A stretch of 64,000 nucleotides of DNA. Origin: Balanoglossus misakiensis. Lineage: Eukaryota; Animalia; Hemichordata. The stretch spans positions 682,001-746,000 of the forward strand of contig CM082592.2 of assembly GCA_040954595.2 (NCBI GenBank). Reading direction: 5' to 3'. The notes under the pieces are model-generated. The model was not told where the DNA came from. It saw only the letters and a list, made by a program, of their open reading frames with translations, and ran no database searches. Below are positions 1 through 13,152 of this stretch, one piece after another. The number at the start of each line of letters is the position of its first letter. Position 1 is the stretch's first letter. Both the position numbers and the translations under genes were made by a program.

Positions 1-197
1 GCAAAAACGAATAAAACGTAACTTTGTATTAAATCAGCTCATTCACAGTGCATTTTTTATAATCAGCATCATTTTTACATATAATTGAAATTTCATACAT
101 CATTAGATATCCAAATATGAAAAAATGATTTAGATTTTAGATGATTGTCCAAAATTAGCTGATATCTAATAAATGTAGTATTGAACCGTTCTGTTTG

Positions 198-410
198 CCC
201 CCCCCCCCCCCTACATTATATGCGGTACGCCGATGTCAGCTTACCCGGCAGTACTGCAGGCCGTGCCCCCAACTAACGTCGGTGTTTGGAACGCCCTGGT
301 TAAATTCGGGCTTTCTCTATAAATTGACAGGCAATAATGCAGTCCTACCCGAACAAATGTCGAGTGTTGACCCGCTGTGACTTACCCTCTTCGGTTTGCC
401 CGACTTAGCC
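198..410. repeat. Representative monomer part 1: poly-C tract and ~200-bp non-subrepeated linker
   Basis: C-run then a segment occurring once per monomer; includes the perfect 10-bp palindrome GCAGTACTGC. Boundaries approximate. Confidence 0.75.
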
Positions 411-1290
411 AACGTCTTTGTACTAGAGTGTCAGGTCTTTTGCAGAGCCAGGCCGAAGGAAATCCGACTTGATCACCGTTGCTAACGAACGCTAGTGTCT
501 GTCATGGTGTGCCGGGGTTTTCGTCGAGCCAGGCCGTAGGAGATCTGACTTGATCATCGTGGTCAATGTACGCGTGTTTCCGCTCTAAAGTGCTGGGGCT
601 TCAGCTAAACCAGACCGTAGGAAATCCGACGTAATCACCGTTGATAACTTACGCCAGTCTGTGTCATATAGAGCCGGTGCACAAGCCGAGTCACGCCGTA
701 GGAAATCTGACTTGATCAACGTGGTCAATGTACGCCTGTTTCTGCTCTAGAGTGCCGGGGCTTCAGCTGAGCCAGGCCGTAGGAAACCCGACGTGATTAC
801 CGTTGTTAACTTACGCCAGTCTGTGTCCTATATATAGTGCAGGGGCATCAGCCGTGCCAGGCCGAAGGAAATGTGAGTAGATCAACGTGGTCTCTGAACG
901 CGTGTTTCTGCTCTAGAGTGCCAGGGCTTTAGCCAAGCCATGCCGTAGGAAATCTGACTTAATCAACGTTGCTAACGAACGCTAGTGTCTGTCATAGTGT
1001 GCCGGGGTTTTAGTCGAGCCAAGCCGTAGGAGATCAGACTTGATCAACGTGGTCTCTGTACGCGTGTTTCTGCTCTAGAGTGCCGGGGCTTTATCCAAGC
1101 CATGCCGTAGAAAATCTGACTTTATCACCGTTGCTAACGTACGCTAGTGTCTGTCATATTGTGACGGAGATTTAGCCGAGCCAGGCCATAGAAAAATCGA
1201 CTTGTTCAACGTTACCAGTGTGCAACTGTTTCTGCTCTAGAGTGTCAGGGTTTTAGCCGACTTATGCTGTAGGAAATCTGAGTTGATGAA
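411..1290. repeat. Representative monomer part 2: GC/CpG-rich block of ~11 x 81-bp subrepeats, alternating A/B types (162-bp dimer)
   Basis: The motif GCCG(T/A)AG(G/A)A(A/G)ATC(C/T)GAC(T/G)TGATCA recurs at ~452, 533, 614, 695, 776, 861, 942, 1023, 1104, 1184, 1266. Units alternate between ...TGTCA... and ...GTTTCTGCTCTAGAGT... types. Confidence 0.9.
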
Positions 1291-1299
1291 CGGGAATTC

Positions 1300-2245
1300 A
1301 ATGTTAGAAAACCCTTGTGGAAAGTATCTCTACCCGTTTGAAACTAAGAAAAGAATTTATTCTTATTTATTTTGTAAAAAAGACAATTTTTCGAAAAAAA
1401 GTCGAAAATGGTAATTTTGTCTTGGGTGATTCAAATTATACCGCCTTTTCTGGAATTTGCTGCACTTCTTACAAGAGAACGACACTTCATGCTCCATAAT
1501 ATTTCGGAAAATGAAGAAAAGAGTTATTTTTTTATGATTTTTTAAAAATTTACCATTTTTGTCAAAATATGGCCAAAATGGCTATTTTTTCTTGAATTCC
1601 GTCAATATATCTGCATTTTTGGAGTGGTCGAAAGTTTTAACGTACAATCAACATGTTATATATGATCAGGGCACCAAATTCGAAGAACAAAGGTTTTTTT
1701 ACTTTTTTTTCTTCTAAAAATGACATTTTCAAGGAAAATTTGGTAAAACGCAATTTTGTCTGCAGTGAGCCAAATTAGACGGTCTTTTTTTTTTGAATTT
1801 GTATCGATATATACATACGAAGAGCATTCTATACTCCATCAGATTTCCGAAAATGTAGAAAACAGGTATTTTTTTGTAATTTTTAAAAATTTACCATTTT
1901 GACCAAATTGTGGCTAAAATTGTTATTTTCGTGTTGAATGCCGCCAGTGTCACTGATTTTAAAAGTCATAAAAACTTTTAACATACAAGCAATTGTTTAT
2001 ATATGATCAGGTCACCGAATTAAAAAAATAAAGAATGTTTTGCCTAAAAATGACCTTTTTGGTGCAAAAACGAATAAAACGCAATTTTGTATTAAATCAG
2101 AATGCATTTTTTATAATCAGCACCATTTTTACATGTAATGGAAATTTCATACATCATCAGATATCCAAATATAAAAAAAATGATTTAGATTTTAGATGAT
2201 TGTCCAAAATTAGCTGATATCTAATAAATGTAGTATTGAACCGTT
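1300..2245. repeat. Representative monomer part 3: AT-rich block of degenerate ~170-bp units (clearer as a ~340-bp dimer) with many A/T tracts
   Basis: ATATGATCAGG(G/T)CACC(A/G)AATT at ~1660 and ~2001; AAAAATTTACCATTTT at ~1544 and ~1885; a weaker AAAA-N2-4-ATTTT motif at ~1405, 1575, 1745, 1916, 2076. Confidence 0.75.
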
Positions 2246-5200
2246 CTGTCCCCCCCCCCCTACATTATATGCGGTACGCCGATGTCAGCTTACCCGGCAG
2301 TACTGCAGGCCGTGCCCCCAACTAACGTCGGTGTTTGAAACGCCCTGGTTAAATTCGGGCTTTCTCTATAAATTGACAGGCAATAATGCAGTCCTACCCG
2401 AACAAATGTCAAGTGTTAAACCGCTGTGACATTCCCTCTTCGGTTTGCCCGACTTAGCCAACGTCTTTGTACTAGAGTGTCGGGTCTTTTGCAGAGCCAG
2501 GCCGAAGGAAATCCGACTTGATCACCGTTGCTAACGAACGCTAGTGTCTATCATGGTGTGCCGGGGTTTTAGTCGAGCCAGGCCGTAGGAGATCTGACTT
2601 GATCATCGTGGTCAATGTACGCGTGTTTCCGCTCTAAAGTGCCGGGGCTTCAGCTAAACCAGGCCGTAGGAAATCCGACGTAATCACCGTTGATAACTTA
2701 CGCCAGTCTGTGTCATATAGAGCCGGTGCACCAGCCGAGTCACGCCGTAGGAAATCTGACTTGATCAACGTGGTCAATGTACGCCTGTTTCTGCTCTAGA
2801 GTGCCGGGGCTTCAGCTGAGCCAGGCCGTAGGAAACCCGACGTGATTACCGTTGTTAACTTACGCCAGTCTGTGTCATATATATAGTGCCGGGGCATCAG
2901 CCGTGCCAGGCCGAAGGAAATGTGAGTAGATCAACGTGGTCTCTGCACGCGTGTTTCTGCTCTAGAGTGCCAGGGCTTTAGCCAAGCCATGCCGTAGGAA
3001 ATCTGACTTGATCAACGTTGCTAACGAACGCTAGTGTCTGTCATAGTGTGCCGGGGTTTTAGTCGAGCCAAGCCGTAGGAGATCAGACTTGATCAACGTG
3101 GTCTCTGTACGCGTGTTTCTGCTCTAGAGTGCCGGGGCTTTATCCAAGCCATGCCGTAGAAAATCTGACTTGATCACCGTTGCTAACGTACGCTAGTGTC
3201 TGTCATATTGTGACGGAGATTTAGCCGAGCCAGGCCATAGAAAAATCGACTTGTTCAACGTAACAAGTGTGCAACTGTTTCTGCTCTAGAGTGTCAGGGT
3301 TTTAGCCGACTTATGCTGTAGGAAATCTGAGTTGATGAACGGGAATTCAATGTTAGAAAACCCTTGTGGAAAGTATCTCTACCCGTTTGAAACTAAGAAA
3401 AGAATTTATTCTTATTTATTTTGTAAAAAAGACAATTTTTACGAAAAAAAGTCGAAAATGGTAATTTTGTCTTGGGTGATTCAAATTATACCGCCTTTTC
3501 TGGAATTTGCTGCACTTCTTACAAGAGAACGACACGTAATGCTCCATAATATTTATGAAGAAAAGAGTTATTTTTTTAAGGTTTTTTAAAAATTTACCAT
3601 TTTAGTCAAAATATGGCCAAAATGGCTATTTTTTCTTGAATTCCGTCAATATATCTGCATTTTTGGAGTGGTCGAAAGTTTTAACATACAATCAACATGT
3701 CATATATGATCAGGGCACCAAATTCGAAGAACAAAGGTTTTTTTATTTTTTTTTTCTTCTAAAAATGACATTTTCAAGGAAAATTTGGTAAAACGCAATT
3801 TTGTCTGCAGTGAGCCAAATTAGACGGTCTTTTGTGGAATTTGTCTCGATATATACATACGAAGAGCATTCTATACTCCATCAGATTTCCGAAAATGTAG
3901 AAAACAGGTATTTTTTTGTAATTTTCAAAAATTTACCATTTTGACCAAATTGTGGCTAAAATTGTTATTTTCGTGTTGAATGCCGCCAGTGTCACCGCTT
4001 TTAAAAGTCATAAAAACTTTTAACATACAAGCAATTGTTTATATATGATCAGGTCACCGAATTAAAAAAATAAAGAATGTTTTGCCTAAAAATGACCTTT
4101 TTGGTGTAAAAACGAATAAAACGCAATTTTGTATTAAATCAGAATGCATTTTTTATAATCAGCACCATGTTTACATGTAATGGAAATTTCATACATCATC
4201 AGATATCCAAATATGAAAAAATGATTTAGATTTTATATGATTGTCCAAAATTAGCTGATATCTAATAAATGTAGTATTAAACCGTTCTGTTCCCCCCCCC
4301 CCCTACATTATATGCGGTACGCCGATGTCAGCTTACCCGGCAGTACTGCAGGCCGTGCCCCCAACTAACGTCGGTGTTTGAAACGCCCTGGTTAATTTCG
4401 GGCTTTCTCTATAAATTTACAGGCAATAATGCAGTCCTACCGGAACAAATGTCGAGTGTTGACCCGCTGTGACTTTCCCTCTTCGGTTTGCCCGACTTAG
4501 CCAACGTCTTTGTACTAGAGTGTCGGGTCTTTTGCAGAGCCAGGCCGAAGGAAATCCGACTTGATCACCGTTGCTAACGAACGCTAGTGTCTGTCATGGT
4601 GTGCCGGGGTTTTAGTCGGGCCGTAGGAGATCTGACTTGATCATCGTGGTCAATGTACGCGTGTTTCCGCTCTAAAGTGCCGGGGCTTCAGCTAAACCAG
4701 GCCGTAGGACATCCGCCGTAATCACCGTTGATAACTTACGCCAGTCTGTGTCATATAGAGCCGGTGCACCAGCCGAGTCACGCCGTAGGAAATCTGACTT
4801 GATCAACGTGGTCAATGTACGCCTGTTTCTGCTCTAGAGTGCCGGGGCTTCAGCTGAGCCAGGCCGTAGGAAACCCGACGTGATTACCGTTGTTAACTTA
4901 CGCCAGTCTGTGTCCTATATATAGTGCCGGGGCATCAGCCGTGCCAGGCCGAAGGAAATGTGAGTAGATCAACGTGGTCTCTGTACGCGTGTTTCTGCTC
5001 TAGAGTGCCAGGGCTTTAGCCAAGCCATGCCGTAGGAAATCTGACTTGATCAACGTTGCTAACGAACGCTAGTGTCTGTCATAGTGTGCCGGGGTTTTAG
5101 TCGAGCCAAGCCGTAGGAGATCAGACTTGATCAACATGGTCTCTGTACGCGTGTTTCTGCTCTAGAGTGCCGGGGCTTTATCCAAGCCATGCCGTAGAAA

Positions 5201-8200
5201 ATCTGACTTGATCACCGTTGCTAACGTACGCTAGTGTCTGTCATATTTTGACGGAGATTTAGCCGAGCCAGGCCGTAGAAAAATCGACTTGTTCAACGTT
5301 ACCAGTGTGCAACTGTTTCTGCTCTAGAGTGTCAGGGTTTTAGCCGACTTATGCTGTAGGAAATCTGAGTTGATGAACGTGAATTCAATGTTAGAAAACC
5401 CGTGTGGAAAGTATCTCTACCCGTTTGAAACTAAGAAAAGAATTTATTCTTATTTATTTTGTAAAAAAGACAATTTTTCGAAAAAAAAGTCGAAAATGGT
5501 AATTTTGTCTTGGGTGATTTAAATTATACCGCCTTTTCTGGAATTTGCAGCACTTTTTACAAGAGAACGACACTTCATGCTCCATAATATTTCCGAAAAA
5601 ATAAGAAAAGAGTTAATTTTTTATGATTTTTTAAAAATTTACCATTTTTGTCAAAATATGGCCAAAATGGCTATTTTTTCTTGAATTCCGTCAATATCTC
5701 TGCATTTTTGGAGTGGTCGAAAGTCTTAACATACAATCAACATGTCATATATGATCAGGGCACCAAATTCGAAGAACAAAGGTTTTTTTATTTTTTTTTC
5801 TAAAAATGACATTTTCAAGGAAAATTTGGTAAAACGCAATTTTGTCTGCAGTGAGCCAAATTAGACGGTCTTTTGTGGAATTTGTATCGATATATACATA
5901 CGAAGAGCATTCTATACTCCATCAGATTTCCGAAAATGTAGAACACAGGCATTTTTTGTAATTTTCAAAAATTTACCATTTAGACCAAATTGTGGCTAAA
6001 ATTGTTATTTTCCTGTTGAATGCCGCCAGTGTCACTGCTTTTAAAAGTCATAAAAACTTTTAACATACAAGCAATTGTTTATATATGATCAGGTCACCGA
6101 ATTAAAAAAATAAAGAATGTTTTGCCTAAAAATGACCTTTTTGGTGCAAAAACGAATAAAACGCAATTTTGTATTAAATCAGCTCATTCAGAGTGCATTT
6201 TTTATAATCAGCACCATTTTTACATATAATGGAAATTTCATACATCATCAGATATCCAAATATGAAAAAATGATTTAGATTTTAGATGATTGTCCAAAAT
6301 TAGCTGATATCTAATAAATGTAGTATTGAACCGTTCAGTCCCCCCCCCCCCTACATTATATGCGGTACGCCGATGTCAGCTTACCCGGCAGTACTGCAGG
6401 CCGTGCCCCCAACTAACGTCGGTGTTTGAAACGCCCTGGTTAAATTCGGGCTCTCTCTATAAATTGACAGGCAATAATGCAGTCCTACCCGAACAAATGT
6501 CGAGTGTTGACCCGCTGTGACTTTCCCTCTTCGTTTTCCCCGACTTAGCCAACGTCTTTGTACTAGAGTGTCGGGTCTTTTGCAGAGCCAGGCCGAAGGA
6601 AATCCGACTTGATCACCGTTGCTAACGAACGCTAATGTCTGTCATGGTGTGCCGGGGTTTTAGTCGAGCCAGGCCGTAGGAGATCTGACTTGATCATCGT
6701 GGTCAATGTACGCGTGTTTCCGCTCTAAAGTGCCGGGGCTTCAGCTAAACCAGGCCGTAGGAAATCCGACGTAATCACCGTTGATAACTTACGCCAGTCT
6801 GTGTCATATAGAGCCGGTGCACCAGCCGAGTCACGCCGTAGGAAATCTGACTTGATCAACGTGGTCAATGTACGCATGTTTCTGCTCTAGAGTGCCGGGG
6901 CTTCAGCTGAGCCAGGCCGTAGGAAACCCGACGTGATTACCGTTGTTAACTTACGCCAGTCTGTGTCCTATATATAGTGCCGGGGCATCAGCCGTGCCAG
7001 GCCGAAGGAAATGTGAGTAGATCAACGTGGTCTCTTTACGCGTGTTTCTGCTCTAGAGTGCCAGGGCTTTAGCCAAGCCATGCCGTAGGAAATCTGACTT
7101 GATCAACGTTGCTAACGAACGCTAGTGTCTGTCATAGTGTGCCGGGGTTTTAGTCGAGCCAAGCCGTAGGAGTTCAGACTTGATCAACGTGGTCTCTGTA
7201 CGCGTGTTTCTGCTCTATAGTGCCGGGGCTTTATCCAAGCCATGCCGTAGAAAATCTGACTTGATCACCGTTGCTATTGTACGCTAGTGTCTGTCATATT
7301 TTGACGGAGATTTAGCCGAGCCAGGCCGTAGAAAAATCGACTTGTTCAACGTTACCAGTGTGCAACTGTTTCTGCTCTAGAGTGTCAGGGTTTTAGCCGA
7401 CTTATGCTGTAGGAAATCTGAGTTGATGAACGGGAAAGTATCTCTACCCGTTTGAAACTAAGAAAATAATTTATTCTTATTTATTTTGTAAAAAAGACAA
7501 TTTTTCGGAAAATGTCGAAAATGGTAATTTTGACTTGGGTGATTCAAATTATACCGCCTTTTCTGGAATTTGCAGCACTTTTTACAAGAGAACGACACTT
7601 CATGCTCCATAATATTTCCGAAAATGAAGAAAAGAGTTAATTTTTTAAGATTTTTTTACAATTTACCATTTTTGTCAAAATAAGGCCAAAATGGCTATTT
7701 TTTCTTGAATTCCGTCAATATCTCTGCATTTTTGGAGTGGTCGAAAGTTTTAACATACAATCAACATGTCATATATGATCAGGGCACCAAATTCGAAGAA
7801 CAAAGGTTTTTTTATTTTTTTTCTAAAAATGACATTTTCAAGGAAAATTTGGTAAAACGCAATTTTGTCTGCAGTGAGCCAAATTAGACGGTCTTTTGTG
7901 GAATTTGTATCGATATATACATACGAAGAGCATTCTATACTCCATCAGATTTCCGAAAATGTAGAAAACAGGTATTTTTTGTAATTTTCAAAAATTTACC
8001 ATTTTGACCAAATTGTGGCTAAAATTGTTATTTTCGTGTTGAATGCCGCCAGTGTCACTGCTTTTAAAAGTCAGAAAAACTTTTAACATACAAGCAATTG
8101 TTTATATATGATCAGGTCACCGAATTAAAAAATAAAGAATGTTTTGCCTAAAAATGACCTTTTTGGTGCAAAAACGAATAAAACGCAATTTTGTATTAAA

Positions 8201-9380
8201 TCAGCTCATTCAGAGTGCTTTTTTATAATCAGCACCATTTTTACATATAATGGAAATTTCATACATCATCAGATATCCAAATATGAAAAAATGAATTAGA
8301 TATATTTAAGATGATTGTCCAAAATTAGCTGATATCTGATAAATGTAGTATTGAACCGTTCTGTTCCCCCCCCCCCCCCTACATTACATGCGGTACGCCG
8401 ATGTCAGCTTACCCGGCAGTACTGCAGGCCGTGCCCCCAACTAACGTCGGTGTTTGAAACGCCCTGGTTAAATTCGAGCTTTCTCTACAAATTGACAGGC
8501 AATAATGCAGTCCTACCCGAACAAATGTCGAGTGTTGACCCGCTGTGACTTTCCCTCTTCGGTTTGCCCGACTTAGCCAACGTCTTTGTACTAGAGTGTC
8601 AGGTCTTTTGCAGAGCCAGGCCGAAGGAAATCCGACTTGATCACCGTTGCTAACGAACGCTAGTGTCTGTCATGGTGTGCCGGGGTTTTAGTCGAGCCAG
8701 GCCGTAGGAGATCTGACTTGATCATCGTGGTCAATGTACGCGTGTTTCCGCTCTAAAGTGCCGGGGCTTCAGCTAAACCAGGCCGTAGGAAATCCGACGT
8801 AATCACCGTTGATAACTTACGCCAGTCTGTGTCATATAGAGCCGGTGCACCAGCCGAGTCACGCCGTAGGAAATCTGACTTGATCAACGTGGTCAATGTA
8901 CGCCTGTTTCTGCTCTAGAGTGCCGGGGCTTCAGCTGAGCCAGGCCGTAGGAAACCCGACGTGATTACCGTTGTTAACTTACGCCAGTCTGTGTCCTATA
9001 TATAGTGCCGGGGCATCAGCCGTGCCAGGCCGAAGGAAATGTGAGTAGATCAACGTGGTCTCTGTATGCGTGTTTCTGCTCTACATTGCCAGGGCTTTAG
9101 CCAAGCCATGCCGTAGGAAATCTGACTTGATCAACGTTGCTAACGAACGCTAGTGTCTGTCATAGTGTGCCGGGGTTTCAGTCGAGCCAAGCCGTAGGAG
9201 ATCAGACTTGATCAACGTGGTCTCTGTACGCGTGTTTCTGCTCTAGAGTGCCGGGGCCATGCCATGCCGTAGAAAATCTGACTTGATCACCGTTGCTAAC
9301 GTACGCTAGTGTCTGTCATATTGTGACGGAGATTTAGCCGAGCCAGGCCCTAGAAAAATCGACTTGTTCAACGTTACCAG

Positions 9381-9767
9381 TGTAGTAACCTCGATATGCC
9401 GTCTCAAATGGCGCCCTAATTCACATCAAAGGCCACAGGGTTCTATAGTATTTGCCGTTAACTAACTGGAGCTCACCATCGCCGACGAACATTCCTTGTC
9501 AGATGTCACAGAAAACGCTGCTCGGAACTTTACACGAACATTTAATGACTGAACATACAACACTGGCACTGGATGATGCGTCGCGGTGGTTGAAGTTTCC
9601 GTAGAAAACTGGCAAAAATCCCCAGGCTAACTGTGCAAAAGTCCTCACATGTGCGCCATGGAATTTTCCAGATATTTTCTAAACAAAAGCGCATGCGCTA
9701 ATGTACTCACAGCGCGAGGGCGCTAGACTAAATATTTCAGTTTCTCTAAGAACTGGGCGTCCTTACA
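9381..9767 (-). repeat. 3' LTR of BEL/Pao element (387 bp), left inverted copy
   Basis: On the minus strand it runs TGTAAGG...ACTACA and is preceded by the purine-rich GGGGGCTGG (PPT-like). Satellite resumes immediately outside it. Confidence 0.88.
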
Positions 9768-10135
9768 CCAGCCCCCAAATTGTTCATGAAAAAACATTAA
9801 CAATTTCCATCCTAGCAAATTCAAAACGCCAACATCCATATGTGCCGAAATTACATATCAAATAGAAATTACAAAACAATATCTATAAATATCTCGAAAC
9901 GCGAAGTCGAAAGTTTTTCAGGAAACGCGAATACAAGAATCCTTTTCTTCATGAATGTGATGATACATCCTAGACCATGCCCAGACCTCGTCCGGTCAAT
10001 CATGCTGCCAAGCATGATATCCAACACATCTGTACTTCAAAGATGAGATCAAACGCTGGACGTAGTGGATAGACTGGCCACTACTTGAGATCGTTGTTAT
10101 TACAGCTGCTGGTAACTGCAACCATACCAATACCA

Positions 10136-12395
10136 CTAAGTCTGTGCTTCCAGCAATGTGCACAACTTATCATATGGTCTTTCTAAAACACTGGATCTGG
10201 TCTTCACCAATACTCGTCTCACCACCCCTTTCCGATCAGGCATAACTTTGACGATTACACCCAAAGGCCACGCATTTCTGGAGGTGTTCTCATCCTTTTC
10301 CAATACAAATCTGACAGATACTGCACTTGCTTCCATCTGTGTACAGCATACAAGTCGTTCTTCTCCGTCACACCAGGGGGTGTTGCTGCTCCCTTCATAG
10401 TAAGCAACATAATGGGTGTCAATGCTTTTAAGTCTCTAACGTCGTCCGACGATACTGTAATCTCATGCGGTCCATCTGTACGACGACTTTTGTTCTTGGC
10501 ACATCTCAACAATGTGTCACCCACTTTACGTATCCAGGCCACTGCTTTCTTCAGTTTATACCAACTGGAGTAGTGGTCTATCATTTTCTGAACCGTCTCC
10601 TCCGCATTAACGGACATGGATCGATCCGCCCCTTTGTCAGGCGTCTGTCGTTCTCCCGAAACAACAGGTACTGTTCCCAACACAACGGGTACAGTTTCTT
10701 CTTCCGACCTCAAGGCTATTCTATGCACTAGTGCAGATTTCTTCACCTCTGGATCTTCTGGATCTAGTTGTGTATTGTAGCTATCACTTGGCGATTTGTC
10801 TTGTGTCTTCCGCAAGAAATCAGGACCACCTATCCATCTTTCGTTCTTCAGAAAAGCATCTATTTTCTGACCTCTAGAGCACTCATCTGCCGGGTTGTCA
10901 CTGGTATTAATGTAGCGCCAGTTCGCTGGGTCTGATCCTCCTCGAATCACTGCTAGTCTATTCGCCACGAAGGTATGAAATCTTGTGGTTTTGTTGTTTA
11001 TGTACCGCAGCACAGTTTTGCTATCCGTCCAAAACACGGATTCATTGATTGGCAAATCCACCTCATTTCTGAGAAGTTTGTCAAGCCTCACTGCTACAGT
11101 AGCTGCAGTTAATTCCATTCGTGGGATCGATATTTGCTTCAATGGAGCCACTCTTGCTTTGGCCATCATCAAAGTGCTGTGGATGTTTCCGCTTTTGTCG
11201 ATCAACCTAAGATATGATACAGCGCCATATCCATTTTCGCTGGCATCAGCAAAGTGATGTAGCTGAGCTGTGTCTACTTCACCAAAGTGCTCGGGCTTTA
11301 TACATCTGGGTACTGCGAAACACTCTTCTAATTTCGGTAGATCCCTCAACCAATTCTCCCACACTTTGCGTTGTTTTCCAGGAATATCATCATCCCAGCC
11401 TAGTTGTGCTTTACACAGCTGCTGCAAAAGCATCTTGGGTGGCAGAAGCGCTGGTGCTGCCATGCCCAGTGGGTCGTATAATGAACTAACCACTCCCAGA
11501 ATTCCTCGTCTGGTCGCTGGTTTCTCTTTAGTACGATTTCTGAATCCGAATTCGTCAGATTCCACGTTCCACTGCATACCGAGTGCATGCTCCATTGGCA
11601 AGTCATCTTGCTCCAAGTCTAAGTTCTTCACCTCTATCGCCCTTTGTTCTTCAGGTATTGCTTCCAAAACTGGACGCGTATTGCTGATCCACTTTGTGAG
11701 CTTGAACCCTGATTTCTTACAGGTGTCTGTCAGCCCTTCAGCCAAAGACTTTCCTTCCATCACTGTTGATGCTGCCTTCAACATGTCATCAACGTAGAAG
11801 TTTCTAGATATGGTGTTCTTGACACTCAGATCAGAAGTATTGTCTGAAGCTTTCTTCAACGCGAAGTTTGCACAACTGGGTGACGATGTAGCCCCGAAGA
11901 TGTGCACTGTCATTCGGTACTCGACAGGAGGTTCCTCTACATTACCATTAGGCCACCACAGAAAACGCTGGAAATCTCGGTTTTCTTGCGACACGCCAAC
12001 TTGAGAGAACATAGCCTCTATATCTGACATCAGTGCTATCCGCTCTTCACGAAAACGTATAAGCACTCCTACAAGTGAACTGGTCAGATCCGGTCCTTGC
12101 ATTAATTCCTTGTTCAAAGAAGTTCCCTTGTATTCTGCACCACAGTCGAAGACTACCCGGATTTTCTGTTTCTGTGGATGGTATACTCCATGATGGGGAA
12201 GATACCATTTCTTTCCAGGATTGCCTTCCAATTCTTCCTGTGGCACCCTTTCAGCATAGCCTTTGTCTATAATACTTTCCATGAAGGTAGTATATTCTTG
12301 ACGATAGTCATCGTTGTTTCTAAATTTCTTTCCCAACTGAGAAAGCCGATATTCTACTGCCACTTTGTTGTTTGGCATCGTAACACCGTCATCAC
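10136..12395 (-). pseudogene. pol: BEL/Pao pol fragment (RT, RNase H, integrase core deleted, C-terminal tail), left copy
   Basis: Motifs [73 protein letters not shown], then WPLGVIVKV...GVVRRVLVKT in another frame. The N-terminal ~36 aa of ORF 10255..12501 are antisense read-through of the fold-back segment. Confidence 0.92.
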
Positions 12396-12703
12396 CATCC
12401 ACAGAAACAGAAAATCCGGGTAGTCTTCGACTGTGGTGCAGAATACAAGGGAACTTCTTTGAACAAGGAATTAATGCAAGGACCGGATCTGACCAGTTCA
12501 CTTGTAGGAGTGCTTATACGTTTTCGTGAAGAGCGGATAGCACTGATGTCAGATATAGAGGCTATGTTCTCTCAAGTTGGCGTGTCGCAAGAAAACCGAG
12601 ATTTCCAGCGTTTTCTGTGGTGGCCTAATGGTAATGTAGAGGAACCTCCTGTCGAGTACCGAATGACAGTGCACATCTTCGGGGCTACATCGTCACCCAG
12701 TTG
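12394..12703 (+). repeat. 310-bp extra copy of the RT N-terminal region (direct repeat of 13394-13703; inverted repeat of 11873-12182)
   Basis: ACCATCCACAGAAACAG...CGTCACCCAGTTG matches 13394-13703 with no difference seen. Confidence 0.93.
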
Positions 12704-13152
12704 AACCAGCCTAAACGGGTACGTACGGCAAATGGTCCATCTCCATTACTGTTTATCACTTCCCATGGTTCAAACGCTTCAGGAACGTTACCACCGATGA
12801 GTAGGCCTATTTCCGCATCTATCTCAGGCAGGCGTACCTTACGCAAATAAGGATACTTGCCAATGTCATCTTGTGTAACGATGAGATCTTTCGAAGCAGG
12901 AATTTTCTCTTGCGTATATGTAGCTGGAAGTTTGATGATGTAATGCTCATCAAGATCTGAAACTTCTGGACCCTTGATAACACGACTATCAGCTGATTTA
13001 CTTCCAGTGATAGTGTTCAGCATAATCTTTGTTTTCTTACCACCGACGTTCAGTTGTCGACGAAGTGTTTCCGTACAGAATACTGTGTCACTGCCGTTGT
13101 CAATAAAGGCGTACGTTTGTACACTAAGACCACTCGATCTACATTTGACCTT
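12704..13152 (-). pseudogene. BEL/Pao aspartic protease fragment, single copy, inverted relative to the right arm
   Basis: TYAFIDNGSDTVFC (D-S/N-G-S active-site-like motif), IGLLIGGNVP and GPFAVRTRLGW, typical of the Pao protease region that precedes RT. Confidence 0.85.

Larger units (their letters stand above)
1..9380 (+). repeat. Tandem array of ~2.05-kb composite satellite monomer, left arm (poly-C strand on top), ~4.6 copies
   Basis: The poly-C tract followed by TACATTA(T/C)ATGCGGTACG recurs at ~198, 2250, 4292, 6340 and 8366 (spacing ~2.03-2.05 kb), with near-identical sequence between. Strand label is an arbitrary convention. Confidence 0.97.

Noticed and set aside
198-410. 5S rRNA, tRNA, snRNA or spliced-leader gene as the repeated unit
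   Set aside because: No recognisable conserved sequence, cloverleaf, A/B boxes or Sm-site context on either strand by eye; an Rfam search was not possible.
411-1290. Regularly spaced conserved motifs resembling a CRISPR array
   Set aside because: The would-be spacers are homologous to one another (81-bp tandem units), there are no cas genes, and the context is eukaryotic retroelements.
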